A stretch of DNA of 64,000 nt from Cloacimonetes bacterium SCGC AAA252-N17 (GCA_000404785.1 ASNI01000006.1:3037-67036), one strand, 5' to 3'; numbered from the stretch's first letter, positions 40,392 to 50,666 are shown. Notes: generated by a model not told the origin, from the sequence alone. A program made the numbers and translations.

Positions 40392-41082
40392 AGTAATTGT
40401 AATAACAGGTTCAAGACAAGGTATTGGTCGATATTTAGCTGAGTACTACTTGAATAAAGGATTTGTTGTAATTGGCTGTGATCTTTTCGAAACCGACTTG
40501 GAGCATCTGAATTATGAACATTTCTGCCTAGATGTTGCAAATGAAAATGAAGTAAAGAAAATGGTCTCTAAAATTGCAAAGAAATATAAACGAATTGATT
40601 ATCTTGTTAATAATGCAGGCATTGCTTCTATGAATCACAGTCTTTTAACACCACTATCCACTGTTGAGAAGGTTTTTAGAACTAATGTATTTGGCACATT
40701 TCTTTTTTGCCGTGAAGTAGCTAAAGTAATGATTAAAAACAAATTTGGTAGAATTATTAATTTTAGCTCAGTAGCAGTCCCACTTGATCTCGAAGGAGAA
40801 GCTATTTATGCTGCATCGAAATCTGCAATCGAGAAATTAACAACAATTTTATCAAAGGAATTTGGGAAAAATGGAATTACAGTAAATGCAATAGGACCTT
40901 CTCCAATTAGAACCGCACTACTAAAAAATGTGAATGAAACAAAACTAAATGATCTTCTTAAGCAACAAGCAATATCCAAATTTGGTTCCTTTGAAGATGT
41001 TGCTAATGTTATTGATTTTTATATTTCAGAAAAAAGTGATATGATAACTGGACAAATAATTTATTTGGGAGGAGTATTTTAA
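40381..41082 (+). CDS. FabG-like SDR ketoreductase
   Basis: ITGSRQGIG, NNAGI, Y.ASK, VNAIGP. Confidence 0.85.
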   Translation: MMNKVIVITGSRQGIGRYLAEYYLNKGFVVIGCDLFETDLEHLNYEHFCLDVANENEVKKMVSKIAKKYKRIDYLVNNAGIASMNHSLLTPLSTVEKVFRTNVFGTFLFCREVAKVMIKNKFGRIINFSSVAVPLDLEGEAIYAASKSAIEKLTTILSKEFGKNGITVNAIGPSPIRTALLKNVNETKLNDLLKQQAISKFGSFEDVANVIDFYISEKSDMITGQIIYLGGVF

Positions 41083-42413
41083 TGTTTTTAGATTTCTTGT
41101 TTAATATTTTCGAAGAAAATAAAGAGAATAATGCTTTTTTCTGGCGGGGAGAGGAATTTACATATGAATGGTTAAAGTCGCAAATTGTTAAGGCTCAGTC
41201 ATTTTTGAAAAGACATGACATCAAATTTGGCGATGTTGCAGCAATCCGTTCTGATTTTAACCCATTTTCGGTTGCATATTTAATAGCTTTAATTGAGAAT
41301 GGGAATATAGTTGTTCCTATTAGTTTTGCTGTAAAAACGTTAGAAGAATTCTATGATATTGCAGAAGTAGAATCTGTGATTGAAATGAAAGAAGAAAAAC
41401 CGACTGTAATGATAAGAAACATAAAACCATCTCATTCAACATTAATATACTTAAAAGAAAAAAAACATCCAGGTTTGATTTTGTTTTCCTCAGGTTCAAC
41501 TGGAAAAAGTAAAGCAGCTGTTCATGATTTTGTGCCATTGTTAGAAAAATTCAAAGTAAAAAGAAAATTATTAAAGACGATTACTTTTTTACTATTCGAT
41601 CACATAGGTGGAGTTAATACTTTATTCTATATTTTATCTAATGCAGGAACAGTAATTTCAGTAGAAGACCGAAGCCCTGAAAATGTGTGCCTCATGATTG
41701 AAAAATATAAAGTTGAATTGTTACCGACATCACCGACTTTTATAAACATGATTTTGATGAGTAGAGCTTATGAAAAATATGATATTTCTTCCTTAAAAAT
41801 GGTGACTTATGGAACAGAGTCAATGCAAGAACAAACATTGAAAACATTTCACAATCTTTTCCCAAATATAAGACTAAAACAAACCTATGGTCTTTCCGAA
41901 CTTGGTATTCTACGCTCAAAATCGCGTTCTGACGACTCTCTATGGGTTAAAGTTGGTGGTGAGGACTATGAAATAAAAGTAATTGATGATATTCTTTATA
42001 TTAAGGCAAAAACGGCAATGTTGGGTTATCTAAATGCCCCATCCCCATTTGATGAAAATGGTTGGTTTAATACTCAAGATAAAGTTGAAGTTGATGGCGA
42101 GTGGATAAAGATCTTAGGAAGAGAAACTGATATAATAAATGTTGGTGGTCAGAAAGTATATCCCGTTGAAGTTGAATCAATACTTCTTGAAATGGATAAT
42201 ATAATTGACGTAACAGTTTATAGTAAAAAGAATCCAATTATGGGTAATGTCGTTGCAGCAAAGATAAATTTACATAACGAAGAATCATCTGTGGAATTAA
42301 AGAAAAGAATAAGAAAATATTGTAAGGATAAATTAGAATCCTATAAAATTCCTATTTATATAGAAATTACACGGGAAAAGCAGATTTCAGGTAGATTTAA
42401 AAAAATACGATAA
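41082..42413 (+). CDS. AMP-binding acyl-activating enzyme (acyl-CoA/ACP ligase)
   Basis: FSSGSTGKSK, QTYGLSE, WFNTQD, GRETD.INVGGQKV.P.EVE, YKIP. Confidence 0.9.
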   Translation: MFLDFLFNIFEENKENNAFFWRGEEFTYEWLKSQIVKAQSFLKRHDIKFGDVAAIRSDFNPFSVAYLIALIENGNIVVPISFAVKTLEEFYDIAEVESVIEMKEEKPTVMIRNIKPSHSTLIYLKEKKHPGLILFSSGSTGKSKAAVHDFVPLLEKFKVKRKLLKTITFLLFDHIGGVNTLFYILSNAGTVISVEDRSPENVCLMIEKYKVELLPTSPTFINMILMSRAYEKYDISSLKMVTYGTESMQEQTLKTFHNLFPNIRLKQTYGLSELGILRSKSRSDDSLWVKVGGEDYEIKVIDDILYIKAKTAMLGYLNAPSPFDENGWFNTQDKVEVDGEWIKILGRETDIINVGGQKVYPVEVESILLEMDNIIDVTVYSKKNPIMGNVVAAKINLHNEESSVELKKRIRKYCKDKLESYKIPIYIEITREKQISGRFKKIR

Positions 42414-42417
42414 AGGG

Positions 42418-43185
42418 ATGTTGGAAATGAAAGGTAAAATATCATCAAAAGCTGTTATTGGTGAAAATGTTAGTATTGGTGAATATACAATTATTCATGA
42501 TAATGTAATTATAGGTAATAACTCAATAATAGAAGATTTTTGTATACTAGGTTATCCAACAAATCTATCAAACGAAAAACCTTTAATAATTGGAGAAGAT
42601 TCTCATATAAGAAGCCATTGTGTTTTTTATGAAGGTTCCATATTAGGGAATAACTTGGTGACAGGTCATTCAGTTCTAGTAAGAGGAAATACTAAAGCTG
42701 GCAAATATTTACAAATCGGTAGTCAGAGTGAAATTGAGGGTGCTTGTCATATCGGTAACTATGTTAAAATACATACTGGAGTACAGATTTCAAAAAAAAC
42801 AAAAATTGGAGATTTTGTTTGGTTATATCCCCACGTTCAATTTACAAACGATCCATTACCTCCATCTATTTATTGTGAAGGTGTAATAATAAAAGATTTA
42901 GCAGTAATTGCTACTTCTTCATTATTGCTACCTGGCATCGTGGTTGGATTAGGTAGTTTTGTAGCTGCTGGTAGTTTAGTTAATTCTGATGTGCCAGATA
43001 TTATGTGTGTATATGGAAATCCCGCTAAAACATTTGCTCGTATAGATCAACTTGTAAATTATAAATACAAAATATCTAATCCGTGGCCAAAACATTTTAG
43101 AGATGGATATCCGGAAGAAAGTTTTCCATTAATGGATAAATTATTAAAAAGAATTGAGAACTTAATAAAAGAAAAGAAAGATTAG
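42418..43185 (+). CDS. Hexapeptide-repeat N-acyltransferase (FdtC/WxcM-like)
   Basis: Multiple hexapeptide turns; PHVQFTND..P; YGNPA. Confidence 0.8.
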   Translation: MLEMKGKISSKAVIGENVSIGEYTIIHDNVIIGNNSIIEDFCILGYPTNLSNEKPLIIGEDSHIRSHCVFYEGSILGNNLVTGHSVLVRGNTKAGKYLQIGSQSEIEGACHIGNYVKIHTGVQISKKTKIGDFVWLYPHVQFTNDPLPPSIYCEGVIIKDLAVIATSSLLLPGIVVGLGSFVAAGSLVNSDVPDIMCVYGNPAKTFARIDQLVNYKYKISNPWPKHFRDGYPEESFPLMDKLLKRIENLIKEKKD

Positions 43186-43194
43186 GAGTGTATT

Positions 43195-44115
43195 ATGTAC
43201 AATTTTATTGTAACTGGGGGATGTGGATTTATTGGGAGTCATTTTATTGAATTATTATTATCAAAAGGATATTCGGTTCTTAATATTGATAAAATGACCT
43301 ATGTCTCATGGGATAATATTGGTTTTGAAAATTACAAGAATTACGATTTTTGGAAACAGGATATTTGTGAAATTACTAATCTTCCAAAATCAGATTATCT
43401 AGTAAATTTTGCTGCAGAGAGTTTTGTGGATAATTCAATCGAAAATAGTGAAGTTTTTTTCAAATCCAATGTCCAGGGTGTCCATAATTTACTTGAACAT
43501 ATTAGAATGAAAGCAAAATTTGATCGACCTGTTTTTGTTCAAATTAGCACTGATGAGGTTTATGGAGATACTGAAGATGGGAAATTTACAGAGAAAGATA
43601 TATTGCGCCCAAGTAATCCATATTCGGCTACAAAAGCAGCAGCCGAAAAGTTCTTGATCGCATACAATCGTACTTATGGAATTGATTATATTACTACTAG
43701 ATGTAGCAACAATTATGGCAATCGCCAATATCCTGAAAAATTAATTCCCAAAACTATAGAAAGTGCGCTGAATAATCGTAAAATGACTATACAGGGGGAT
43801 GGATCCTATATAAGATCATGGATTCACGTAAAAGATCATTGTGAAGCAATTTTGAGTTTAATAGAGAATAATTGTTATAATGAAATTTTTAATATATGCT
43901 CTGGTACTGAATTTTCAAATCTTGAAATTGTGAACATGGTTTTTGATGCTATGGGCATTCAACCGAATTTACAGTTTGTTGAAAATAGATGGGGACAAGA
44001 TGTAAGGTATGCTATTTCAACAGAGAAGTTAAATAAAAGAATATCCTGGAAACCTAAATATGATATTAGAAAAAGTATGCATGAGATGATCAAATTTTAT
44101 AAGGATCATAAATGA
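43195..44115 (+). CDS. rmlB: dTDP-glucose 4,6-dehydratase
   Basis: VTGGCGFIGS, FAAESFVDNSI, ISTDEVYG, NPYSATKAA, SNNYG.RQYPEKLIP. Confidence 0.92.
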   Translation: MYNFIVTGGCGFIGSHFIELLLSKGYSVLNIDKMTYVSWDNIGFENYKNYDFWKQDICEITNLPKSDYLVNFAAESFVDNSIENSEVFFKSNVQGVHNLLEHIRMKAKFDRPVFVQISTDEVYGDTEDGKFTEKDILRPSNPYSATKAAAEKFLIAYNRTYGIDYITTRCSNNYGNRQYPEKLIPKTIESALNNRKMTIQGDGSYIRSWIHVKDHCEAILSLIENNCYNEIFNICSGTEFSNLEIVNMVFDAMGIQPNLQFVENRWGQDVRYAISTEKLNKRISWKPKYDIRKSMHEMIKFYKDHK

Positions 44116-44513
44116 AATTAAATACAATCCCTAAGCATTCTGATCAAAGGGGTTTTTTAATAGAGTTTATTCGGGAAGATGAGAATTTATTAAATTTTAA
44201 AGGGCAAATATATGCATCAACTATCAGTCCTGGAGATATACGAGGAAATCATTATCATAACGAGAAAACAGAAATTTTCTGTGTTATGAAAGGTAAACTA
44301 AAAGTATTGGTTCAACAAATTGATTCAAACAAGATTAATGAGTATATATTAGACAGCAATAAAGATGAATTAGATAGAATACTGGTGTCACCCAAATACG
44401 CTCATGCTTTTATTAATATTGGTAATGAAGAAGTAATTTTGTTGGCTTATGGTGATAAAGTTCATGACCATGGCAATCCCGATCAGTATAAATTTATTAT
44501 TTGTTCAAATTAA
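44112..44513 (+). CDS. Cupin sugar 3,4-ketoisomerase/epimerase (FdtA/WxcM-like)
   Basis: D.RG.L, RGNHYH, P.YAHAF. Confidence 0.8.
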   Translation: MKLNTIPKHSDQRGFLIEFIREDENLLNFKGQIYASTISPGDIRGNHYHNEKTEIFCVMKGKLKVLVQQIDSNKINEYILDSNKDELDRILVSPKYAHAFINIGNEEVILLAYGDKVHDHGNPDQYKFIICSN

Positions 44514-44619
44514 AGATTTAATGATGAAGAATTACTAATGGATACATAATACACTCGACACCACTTACTCCTTCCGAAGCTTCTCAGGCTGTGTGAAGAT
44601 GATTTATTTAATTTATAAC

Positions 44620-44725
44620 GACCCCCATCCCTTAACCCTTCCCCCTATCGAAGGGGAAGGGAACTGCCTGCGGCAAAAGGAGATAGATTCTCCCCCTATT
44701 TAGGGGGAGTTAGAGGGGGTTGAGA
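44620..44725. repeat. Purine/pyrimidine-tract double hairpin (ccccatcccttaacccttccccct..aggggaaggg; tccccctatttaggggga)
   Basis: Two GC-rich inverted repeats in an intergenic region. Confidence 0.75.
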
Positions 44726-45089
44726 AAATATCGAGCATTTCATCAGTTTTCACACAAGCTGTTTTGCTTCGGAAACTAATAGGATTTGAAGTGTTTGCTC
44801 CGGCATTGAAAGCTTCTACTTCGCTATTGAGAGAAGCAGAAGCTTCTGGAGTTAGCGTCTTCCGAAATGAAAAGTTCGGAAGGAGAAAATCAATATGTCA
44901 GGAATTTAATGTACTCATTAGTATATCTGTTGGTTCAACATATCTATATTGGATTTTGCATAGTTTTTTCCAAACCAAATCTTTCTAATAAATAAACAAT
45001 AAAATTAAGAAAATGAGTATCTTAAAGAATAGATATATAATTAAAATCAGTGTTAATCAGTTTAATCTGCGCAATCTGTGTTCTAAACA

Positions 45090-46202
45090 ATGAAAGTTAA
45101 ATTTTTAGATTTAAAATCACAATATTTGTCAATCAAAGAAGAAATAGATAATGCAATTCAGAATGTTTTATTGGATTCTGCATTTACTTCTGGTCCTTAT
45201 GTAAGATCATTTGAAGATAATTTTGCAAAACGTCATACTGCTAAATATTGTGTTGCAGTTAATTCTGGGACTGCTGCCCTGCATGCCTCTTTAATGGCTT
45301 TGGATATCAAAGCTGGTGACGAAGTTATTGTTCCTGCCAATACTTTTTTTTCAACTCCTCTTTCAGTAACATTGACTGGAGCCACTCCAGTTTTTGTTGA
45401 TTGTGAAAGCGATTATTTTAATATCGATGTAAATGAGATTGAAAATGCAATTACAGGTAAAACAAAAGCAATTATTGCAGTGCATCTTTATGGTCAACCA
45501 TCACAAATAGATAAAATTAAAGCGATTGCAGATAAACATGGTTTATATCTAATTGAAGATTGTGCTCAAGCACATATTGCAAAGTATAAAGAAGGATTTG
45601 TCGGAAATTTTGGAAAATGTGGTTGTTTCAGTTTCTATTGTGGCAAAAACTTAGGTGCTTATGGCGAAGGCGGAGCGATTATTACTAATGATGAAACTCT
45701 ATATGAAAAATTGTTAATGATTAGAAATATTGGTATGTCTCGAAAATACTATCATGATTTGATAGGTCATAATTACAGAATGTCAGGTATGCAAGGTGCA
45801 ATCCTCGATGTTAAGTTGAAACATTTAGATGAATGGACTGATACACGCAGAAAAAATGCTGATTTGTACAGAAGATATTTAGCTGATTGCAGTGAGATAA
45901 TATTACCAAATGAAATGGATAATATTAAGCACGTATATCATCTTTTTGTTATTAGAACTCAAAAGAGAGATAAGCTCATGCATTTCCTTGATAATAATCA
46001 AATACAAACCGGCATTCACTATCCAATACCTTGTCATCTGCAAAAAGCGTATGATTATTTAAACTATAAAATAGGAGATTTCCTTATAACTGATAAATTG
46101 GCTAATGAAATAATTTCTCTTCCAATGTCTGAGCAATTAAAAGAAGAAGAAATTAGGTATGTCTCTTGGAAAATAAAGGAATTTTTTAGTAATAGAGTTT
46201 GA
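45090..46202 (+). CDS. DegT-family aminotransferase (FdtB-like)
   Basis: VNSGTAALH, VHLYGQP, EDCAQAH, SFYCGKNLGAYGEGG, YHLFVI. Confidence 0.88.
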   Translation: MKVKFLDLKSQYLSIKEEIDNAIQNVLLDSAFTSGPYVRSFEDNFAKRHTAKYCVAVNSGTAALHASLMALDIKAGDEVIVPANTFFSTPLSVTLTGATPVFVDCESDYFNIDVNEIENAITGKTKAIIAVHLYGQPSQIDKIKAIADKHGLYLIEDCAQAHIAKYKEGFVGNFGKCGCFSFYCGKNLGAYGEGGAIITNDETLYEKLLMIRNIGMSRKYYHDLIGHNYRMSGMQGAILDVKLKHLDEWTDTRRKNADLYRRYLADCSEIILPNEMDNIKHVYHLFVIRTQKRDKLMHFLDNNQIQTGIHYPIPCHLQKAYDYLNYKIGDFLITDKLANEIISLPMSEQLKEEEIRYVSWKIKEFFSNRV

Positions 46203-46311
46203 TCTGTGGTATATAGAAAATTGGACTTTCTGGCTTGATGTTAAAATTATTTTTATGACAGTATTTAGCAGGCAATCTAAATTAAATGCGTTTTAATATA
46301 TTTTAGTTTGG

Positions 46312-46353
46312 GGGTTTAGGAGTTTAGAGGTTTAGAGGGTTAGAGGTTTAGAA
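46312..46353 (+). repeat. Octamer array (AGGTTTAG), left flank of a four-helix-bundle gene
   Basis: gggtttag gagtttag aggtttag agggttag aggtttag. Confidence 0.85.
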
Positions 46354-46716
46354 GTGCATACATATTCATTTGAAAAACTTTAAGTATGGAAATTAGCAAA
46401 AGATTTTGTTATTAAAATTTACAGGATAACAGAGAAATTTCCAAAATCAGAAAAATTTGGAATAGTAGATCAAATAAGACGTTCTTCAGTTTCTGTACCT
46501 ACCAATTTATCCGAGGGAAGTGGAAGGCAAACAGGAAGAGATAAAGCACATTTCACACAAATTGCTTATGGCAGCATAATGGAGTGCTTGAATCTATTAA
46601 TTATTTCTCGTGATTTGGAGTATATTTCTCAAGATGAATTAGATGATTTAAGATCTGATATCGAAAGAATTACAAAGAAACTTTCAAATTTACGCCTATC
46701 ACAACTAAACAACTAA
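46354..46716 (+). pseudogene. Four-helix-bundle protein with in-frame TAA at 46381-46383 (not in the ORF track)
   Basis: MHTYSFEKL*VWKLAK..FPKSEKFGIVDQIRRSSVSVPTNLSEGSGR..F.QIAYGSIME. Confidence 0.85.
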
Positions 46717-46719
46717 GAT

Positions 46720-46860
46720 AAGTTTAGAAGGTTAGGTGTGTAGAGTTTTATGTGTTTATTGGGTTAGAAGGTTATGGATTTTTTCTAAACTTCTAAACTT
46801 TTTTCCTAAACTTCTAAACTGTTTTTTCTAAACTTCTAAACTTTTTTTCTAAACTTCTAT
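46720..46860. repeat. Direct then inverted octamer arrays (GTTTAGAA / TTCTAAAC) forming a long potential hairpin
   Basis: agtttagaaggttagg.. followed by about seven ctaaact units. Confidence 0.85.
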
Positions 46861-46879
46861 AACAAAAAAAAGAGCCATC

Positions 46880-48427
46880 ATGAAAAAACTCCTCTTAACA
46901 ATAATAGTCTTAACAACCCTCACTACAATCTCCTTCGCAGACTATATCATCTCACCCAACGATCCCGTCTATTCATTTCTCGAAACAGCTCAAAACTTAG
47001 GTTATACAGAACAGTTAATATCTGTCTATCCCCAATATCATGATAAGGTCATTAATGACCTTACTCAATTGCTATCATTGGATATTGCAGTAAGTTATAA
47101 GAAACTTGCTGAATATCATTTAAAAAGAATTTCGCTTATCACTTCTTATGGATTTGAGTCAGCACTCTATCCGATAAAGAAAATTCCACAATCCTTCATC
47201 TCGATATTCAAGAATCGATCTCCGAAAAAAAGATTATTCCGATTTAAAAAAGGAGATACTGATCTATTTCTTTCCGGAATCATTGGAATAGATTATGATT
47301 TATTGAAATCAGATGCTGAAGATAAGCATCGTTTGCTAAAATATTATGGATTAGAGTTTGGTGGTAACATATCAGAGACTATTGGAATATTCTCTATATT
47401 CCGCAAAGGGCATTATACCTGCGATGCCTATTTTACTCGAGCGGATTCTGTACAACTCATTTCTGATAATTGGGAAAATCCTGAAAAGGTAGAGATTCAG
47501 ACAGAGTGCTTTTTGCAAACAAATTTATTAGATTTTTCTATTGGATATGGAAATTTTCAGTTTGGTAATGCCATAACTTCTTCAATTATTCTCAACAAGG
47601 ATATTTCACCTTTTCCTTATATAAAAGTTTCAAAACAGTTCGGTGATTTCTCATACATATCTTTATATAGCCAATTAGTTCCGGATAGTCTGAAAGATGA
47701 AATAGAATATGAATCCAAATCCTATGCGCTACAAATGCTATCTTATCAAACCGATAAATTGTTCTTAGCCATTGGTGAATGCTCAATTTATGGTGACAGG
47801 AATTTTGATATTTCCTATTCCACACCCTTAATTATGTACAAGCTGGTAGATTTTGCAAATCAATCCAGAGATAATGTAAATGCTTTTTTAATCACAAATT
47901 ATTCTCCATTCAATGGTTTTCTTATTTATAATAATTTATTTATTGATGATGTAAAGTTGAGTAGATTAACAACTAATGAATATTTGTCAGGATTCGCTGA
48001 ACAGCTTGGAGTAAGTTATTCATTTGAAAAGTTACCATTAAATATCACTTTTGAAGGAACCGCTATTGGACCGAGAACATATTGCCACCGCAGGGATTTA
48101 GTTTACAGTCATAGAAATCAATTACTCGGTTATCCGAATGGCTCTAATCAACTTAATCTTGCGATTCAGGCTCAATATTTATTACCAGGTCTGGAATGTA
48201 AAGTGCTATATTCAAATATGCAGCAGGGCAGTATTAGTAATGATCCTTTCAAGCCGCAGCCCAATACTAAATTCTTAGCTGGTGAAATCAGCAGGACACA
48301 AAATATTGTTGCTTCGATAAATTATAGTTTTACACCGGAATTGAAGTTTCATCTCAGATATGAATATGAGAATACAGATGATAAGGTGAAGAATTATGTT
48401 TATTCGGGAATTGAGTTGAAATATTAG
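46880..48427 (+). CDS. Outer-membrane beta-barrel, capsule assembly Wzi-like
   Basis: Signal peptide; DP.Y.FLE N-terminus; alternating aromatic strands; C-terminal ..GIELKY. Confidence 0.6.
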   Translation: MKKLLLTIIVLTTLTTISFADYIISPNDPVYSFLETAQNLGYTEQLISVYPQYHDKVINDLTQLLSLDIAVSYKKLAEYHLKRISLITSYGFESALYPIKKIPQSFISIFKNRSPKKRLFRFKKGDTDLFLSGIIGIDYDLLKSDAEDKHRLLKYYGLEFGGNISETIGIFSIFRKGHYTCDAYFTRADSVQLISDNWENPEKVEIQTECFLQTNLLDFSIGYGNFQFGNAITSSIILNKDISPFPYIKVSKQFGDFSYISLYSQLVPDSLKDEIEYESKSYALQMLSYQTDKLFLAIGECSIYGDRNFDISYSTPLIMYKLVDFANQSRDNVNAFLITNYSPFNGFLIYNNLFIDDVKLSRLTTNEYLSGFAEQLGVSYSFEKLPLNITFEGTAIGPRTYCHRRDLVYSHRNQLLGYPNGSNQLNLAIQAQYLLPGLECKVLYSNMQQGSISNDPFKPQPNTKFLAGEISRTQNIVASINYSFTPELKFHLRYEYENTDDKVKNYVYSGIELKY

Positions 48428-48520
48428 ATGGGGGAAACGTTGAGAGAAAGAGACGTTGTGAAGGAGAGACTGGGGGACTTGGTGAAGGGGAGTTTGGACT
48501 AATAGGCGGTAGGGTGATAA
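48428..48520 (+). repeat. G-rich octamer array (NNAGAGAC/NNGGTGAA), left flank
   Basis: gttgagag aaagagac gttgtgaa ggagagac tgggggac ttggtgaa. Confidence 0.7.
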
Positions 48521-48538
48521 GGCGAAAAATAGAGTATT

Positions 48539-48910
48539 ATGAAAATAAGAACGCATAAAGATCTTGTAGTTTATCAATTAGCTTTTGATGCAGCAATGGA
48601 AATATTTGAAATTACAAAATTATTTCCTAAAGAAGAACGATATTCTTTAGTTGATCAAATGCGCAGAAGTTCTCGTTCTGTAGCAGCAAATATTGCAGAA
48701 GCTTTTAGGAAAAGAAAGTATCCAAAAGCTTTTATATCAAAATTATCAGATAGCGAATCTGAAGCTGCAGAAACTCAGGTGTGGTTAGAATTTACTTTGA
48801 AATGCAGATATATTGATGAAATTACATTTGATGATTTGTTTAATAATTATGATCATATAATTGGCAAACTTGTAAATATGAGTAGAGAGCCACAGAATTG
48901 GAGCATATGA
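48539..48910 (+). CDS. Four-helix-bundle protein
   Basis: FPKEERYSLVDQMRRSSRSVAANIAEAFRKR..KLSDSESEAAETQVW. Confidence 0.92.
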   Translation: MKIRTHKDLVVYQLAFDAAMEIFEITKLFPKEERYSLVDQMRRSSRSVAANIAEAFRKRKYPKAFISKLSDSESEAAETQVWLEFTLKCRYIDEITFDDLFNNYDHIIGKLVNMSREPQNWSI

Positions 48911-48927
48911 AATTTCAAGGCAGTCAA

Positions 48928-48966
48928 TGATTTCTCACATTCTCTCTATCTCTAAGTCTCTTATTC
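48928..48966 (-). repeat. Inverted octamer array, right flank
   Basis: atttctca cattctct ctatctct aagtctct. Confidence 0.65.
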
Positions 48967-49026
48967 GTTTAAATATCTTTGAACAATGTAAATAATCTAA
49001 TAAACAAAATAAATTGAGGTTTACAT

Positions 49027-50565
49027 ATGATGAAAGCATCCCTCTCGCCCAACGGAACGGAATATAAACTTCCAACCGAATCTGAATCAGCGAATGAATT
49101 AAAAGAACTCAAGAAAATAACTGCCGAGCAACGAAAATTAGGACGCAAGATCGTAGCTGTGCAGGGGATGGGTTTTGTCGGCTGCGTGATGGCAGCAGTT
49201 GTTGCAGATGCAGTTGATGAAAAAGGAGAACCGCTCTATTTTGTGCATGGTCAGCAAAGAGCTTCTCTGCGTTCCTTTTGGAAAGTGCCGGTTATCAATC
49301 GAGGAATCCCACCGGTAAGTTCCTCCGATGTAGAAGTGCCAAAAATATTTCATAGAACTGTAGTTGAAAAGAAAACACTGAGAGCAACATGGCTCAATTA
49401 TGCATATGAGGTGGCAGATATTGTGGTTGTAGATATTCAGTTGGATGCTACGAAACCTACTTTTGGAGATGCCTCTCAGGGCTATTGTGATATGTCTGCC
49501 TTTAGAGATGGCATGAAAAATCTTGGTATGCATATTTCTCCTGAATGTCTTATTCTTGTAGAAACAACTGTTCCGCCCGGAACATGCGAGAATGTCGTTA
49601 AGCCACTTATTGAAGAGGAATTTAATAAACGTGGAATTGACATTGCAAAGAATCCTCCTTTGATCGCACATTCTTATGAGCGAGTTATGCCCGGTGCAAA
49701 GTATGTAAGCTCAATCCGAGATTTCTGGCGTGTATTTTCGGGAGTGAATGAAAAGAGTAAGTATATTGCTCGAGAGTTTTTAAACAATATTCTCGATACT
49801 GAGAAATATCCCCTTACTGAATTGGATAACACAAATGCATCCGAACTTTCCAAGGTTATGGAAAATTCATATCGTGCAACGAATATTGCACTTACACTTG
49901 AATGGGCAAAGTGTGCGGAAAAGATAGGTGTCGATATTCATAAAGTACGTGCTGCGATCCGCAAACGTAAAGGTACTCACGATAATTTATTGCGTCCAAG
50001 TTTAGGGGTGGGTGGATATTGTCTGACGAAAGATCCTGTTCTGGCAAACTGGGCAATGGGTGCTATTTTTAATATTGATGATAAGCTGAAAATTGCAATA
50101 AATTCTGTTGATATTAATGATACAATGCCATTACATACTATCGATCTTATCAAAGAAGAATATCCTGATTTGAAGGATGTAAAGATAGCTGTTTTGGGTG
50201 TTTCTTATTTAGAAAATTTAGGAGACACGAGACATTCACCGTCCGAAACTCTGATAAAATTCTTGAATGAATATTGGGCAATTGTCAAAACCCACGATCC
50301 TTATGTGGAATATTGGGCAGAAATGGAGAATGTGCCGATTGAAAAATCACTATCCGATGCGCTAAAAGATGCAGATGTGGTCATTTTTGCTGTAGGTCAT
50401 ACGCAATACCTCGAGCTCGACCCGGATGAGGTTGTTGCGATGACAGGGAAAAAACCTCTTATTATAGACTGCTCAAATTTTCTTAATGATGAGAAGATAA
50501 AGGCATATTTGAGAGCAGGATGTAAAGTCAAAGGTGTTGGGAAGGGACATATTGGGAAGCTGTGA
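49027..50565 (+). CDS. Nucleotide-sugar dehydrogenase (UDP-HexNAc 6-dehydrogenase family)
   Basis: GMGFVG, ETTVPPGT, SYERVMPG, K..ENSYRA.NIA, GVGGYCL.KDP. Confidence 0.88.
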   Translation: MMKASLSPNGTEYKLPTESESANELKELKKITAEQRKLGRKIVAVQGMGFVGCVMAAVVADAVDEKGEPLYFVHGQQRASLRSFWKVPVINRGIPPVSSSDVEVPKIFHRTVVEKKTLRATWLNYAYEVADIVVVDIQLDATKPTFGDASQGYCDMSAFRDGMKNLGMHISPECLILVETTVPPGTCENVVKPLIEEEFNKRGIDIAKNPPLIAHSYERVMPGAKYVSSIRDFWRVFSGVNEKSKYIAREFLNNILDTEKYPLTELDNTNASELSKVMENSYRATNIALTLEWAKCAEKIGVDIHKVRAAIRKRKGTHDNLLRPSLGVGGYCLTKDPVLANWAMGAIFNIDDKLKIAINSVDINDTMPLHTIDLIKEEYPDLKDVKIAVLGVSYLENLGDTRHSPSETLIKFLNEYWAIVKTHDPYVEYWAEMENVPIEKSLSDALKDADVVIFAVGHTQYLELDPDEVVAMTGKKPLIIDCSNFLNDEKIKAYLRAGCKVKGVGKGHIGKL

Positions 50566-50642
50566 CAGGGCGACGGGGTGACTTGGTGAGGGAGAGACTG
50601 AGAGAGACAGGCTGACTGGGTGAGATTGAGATAAGATGAGAA
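50563..50642 (+). repeat. Octamer array (NNNGTGAC), left flank
   Basis: gtgacagg gcgacggg gtgacttg gtgaggga gagactga. Confidence 0.75.
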
Positions 50643-50666
50643 ATAATAAAAAAGGAGGAGGGTATA

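Noticed and set aside
44764-44988. 74-aa ORF
   Set aside because: It runs through hairpin repeats and shows no recognisable motif.
17780-46383. Two in-frame TAA codons as stop-codon reassignment
   Set aside because: TAA terminates many intact genes here, including ybeY and hisS; point mutation or assembly error is simpler.
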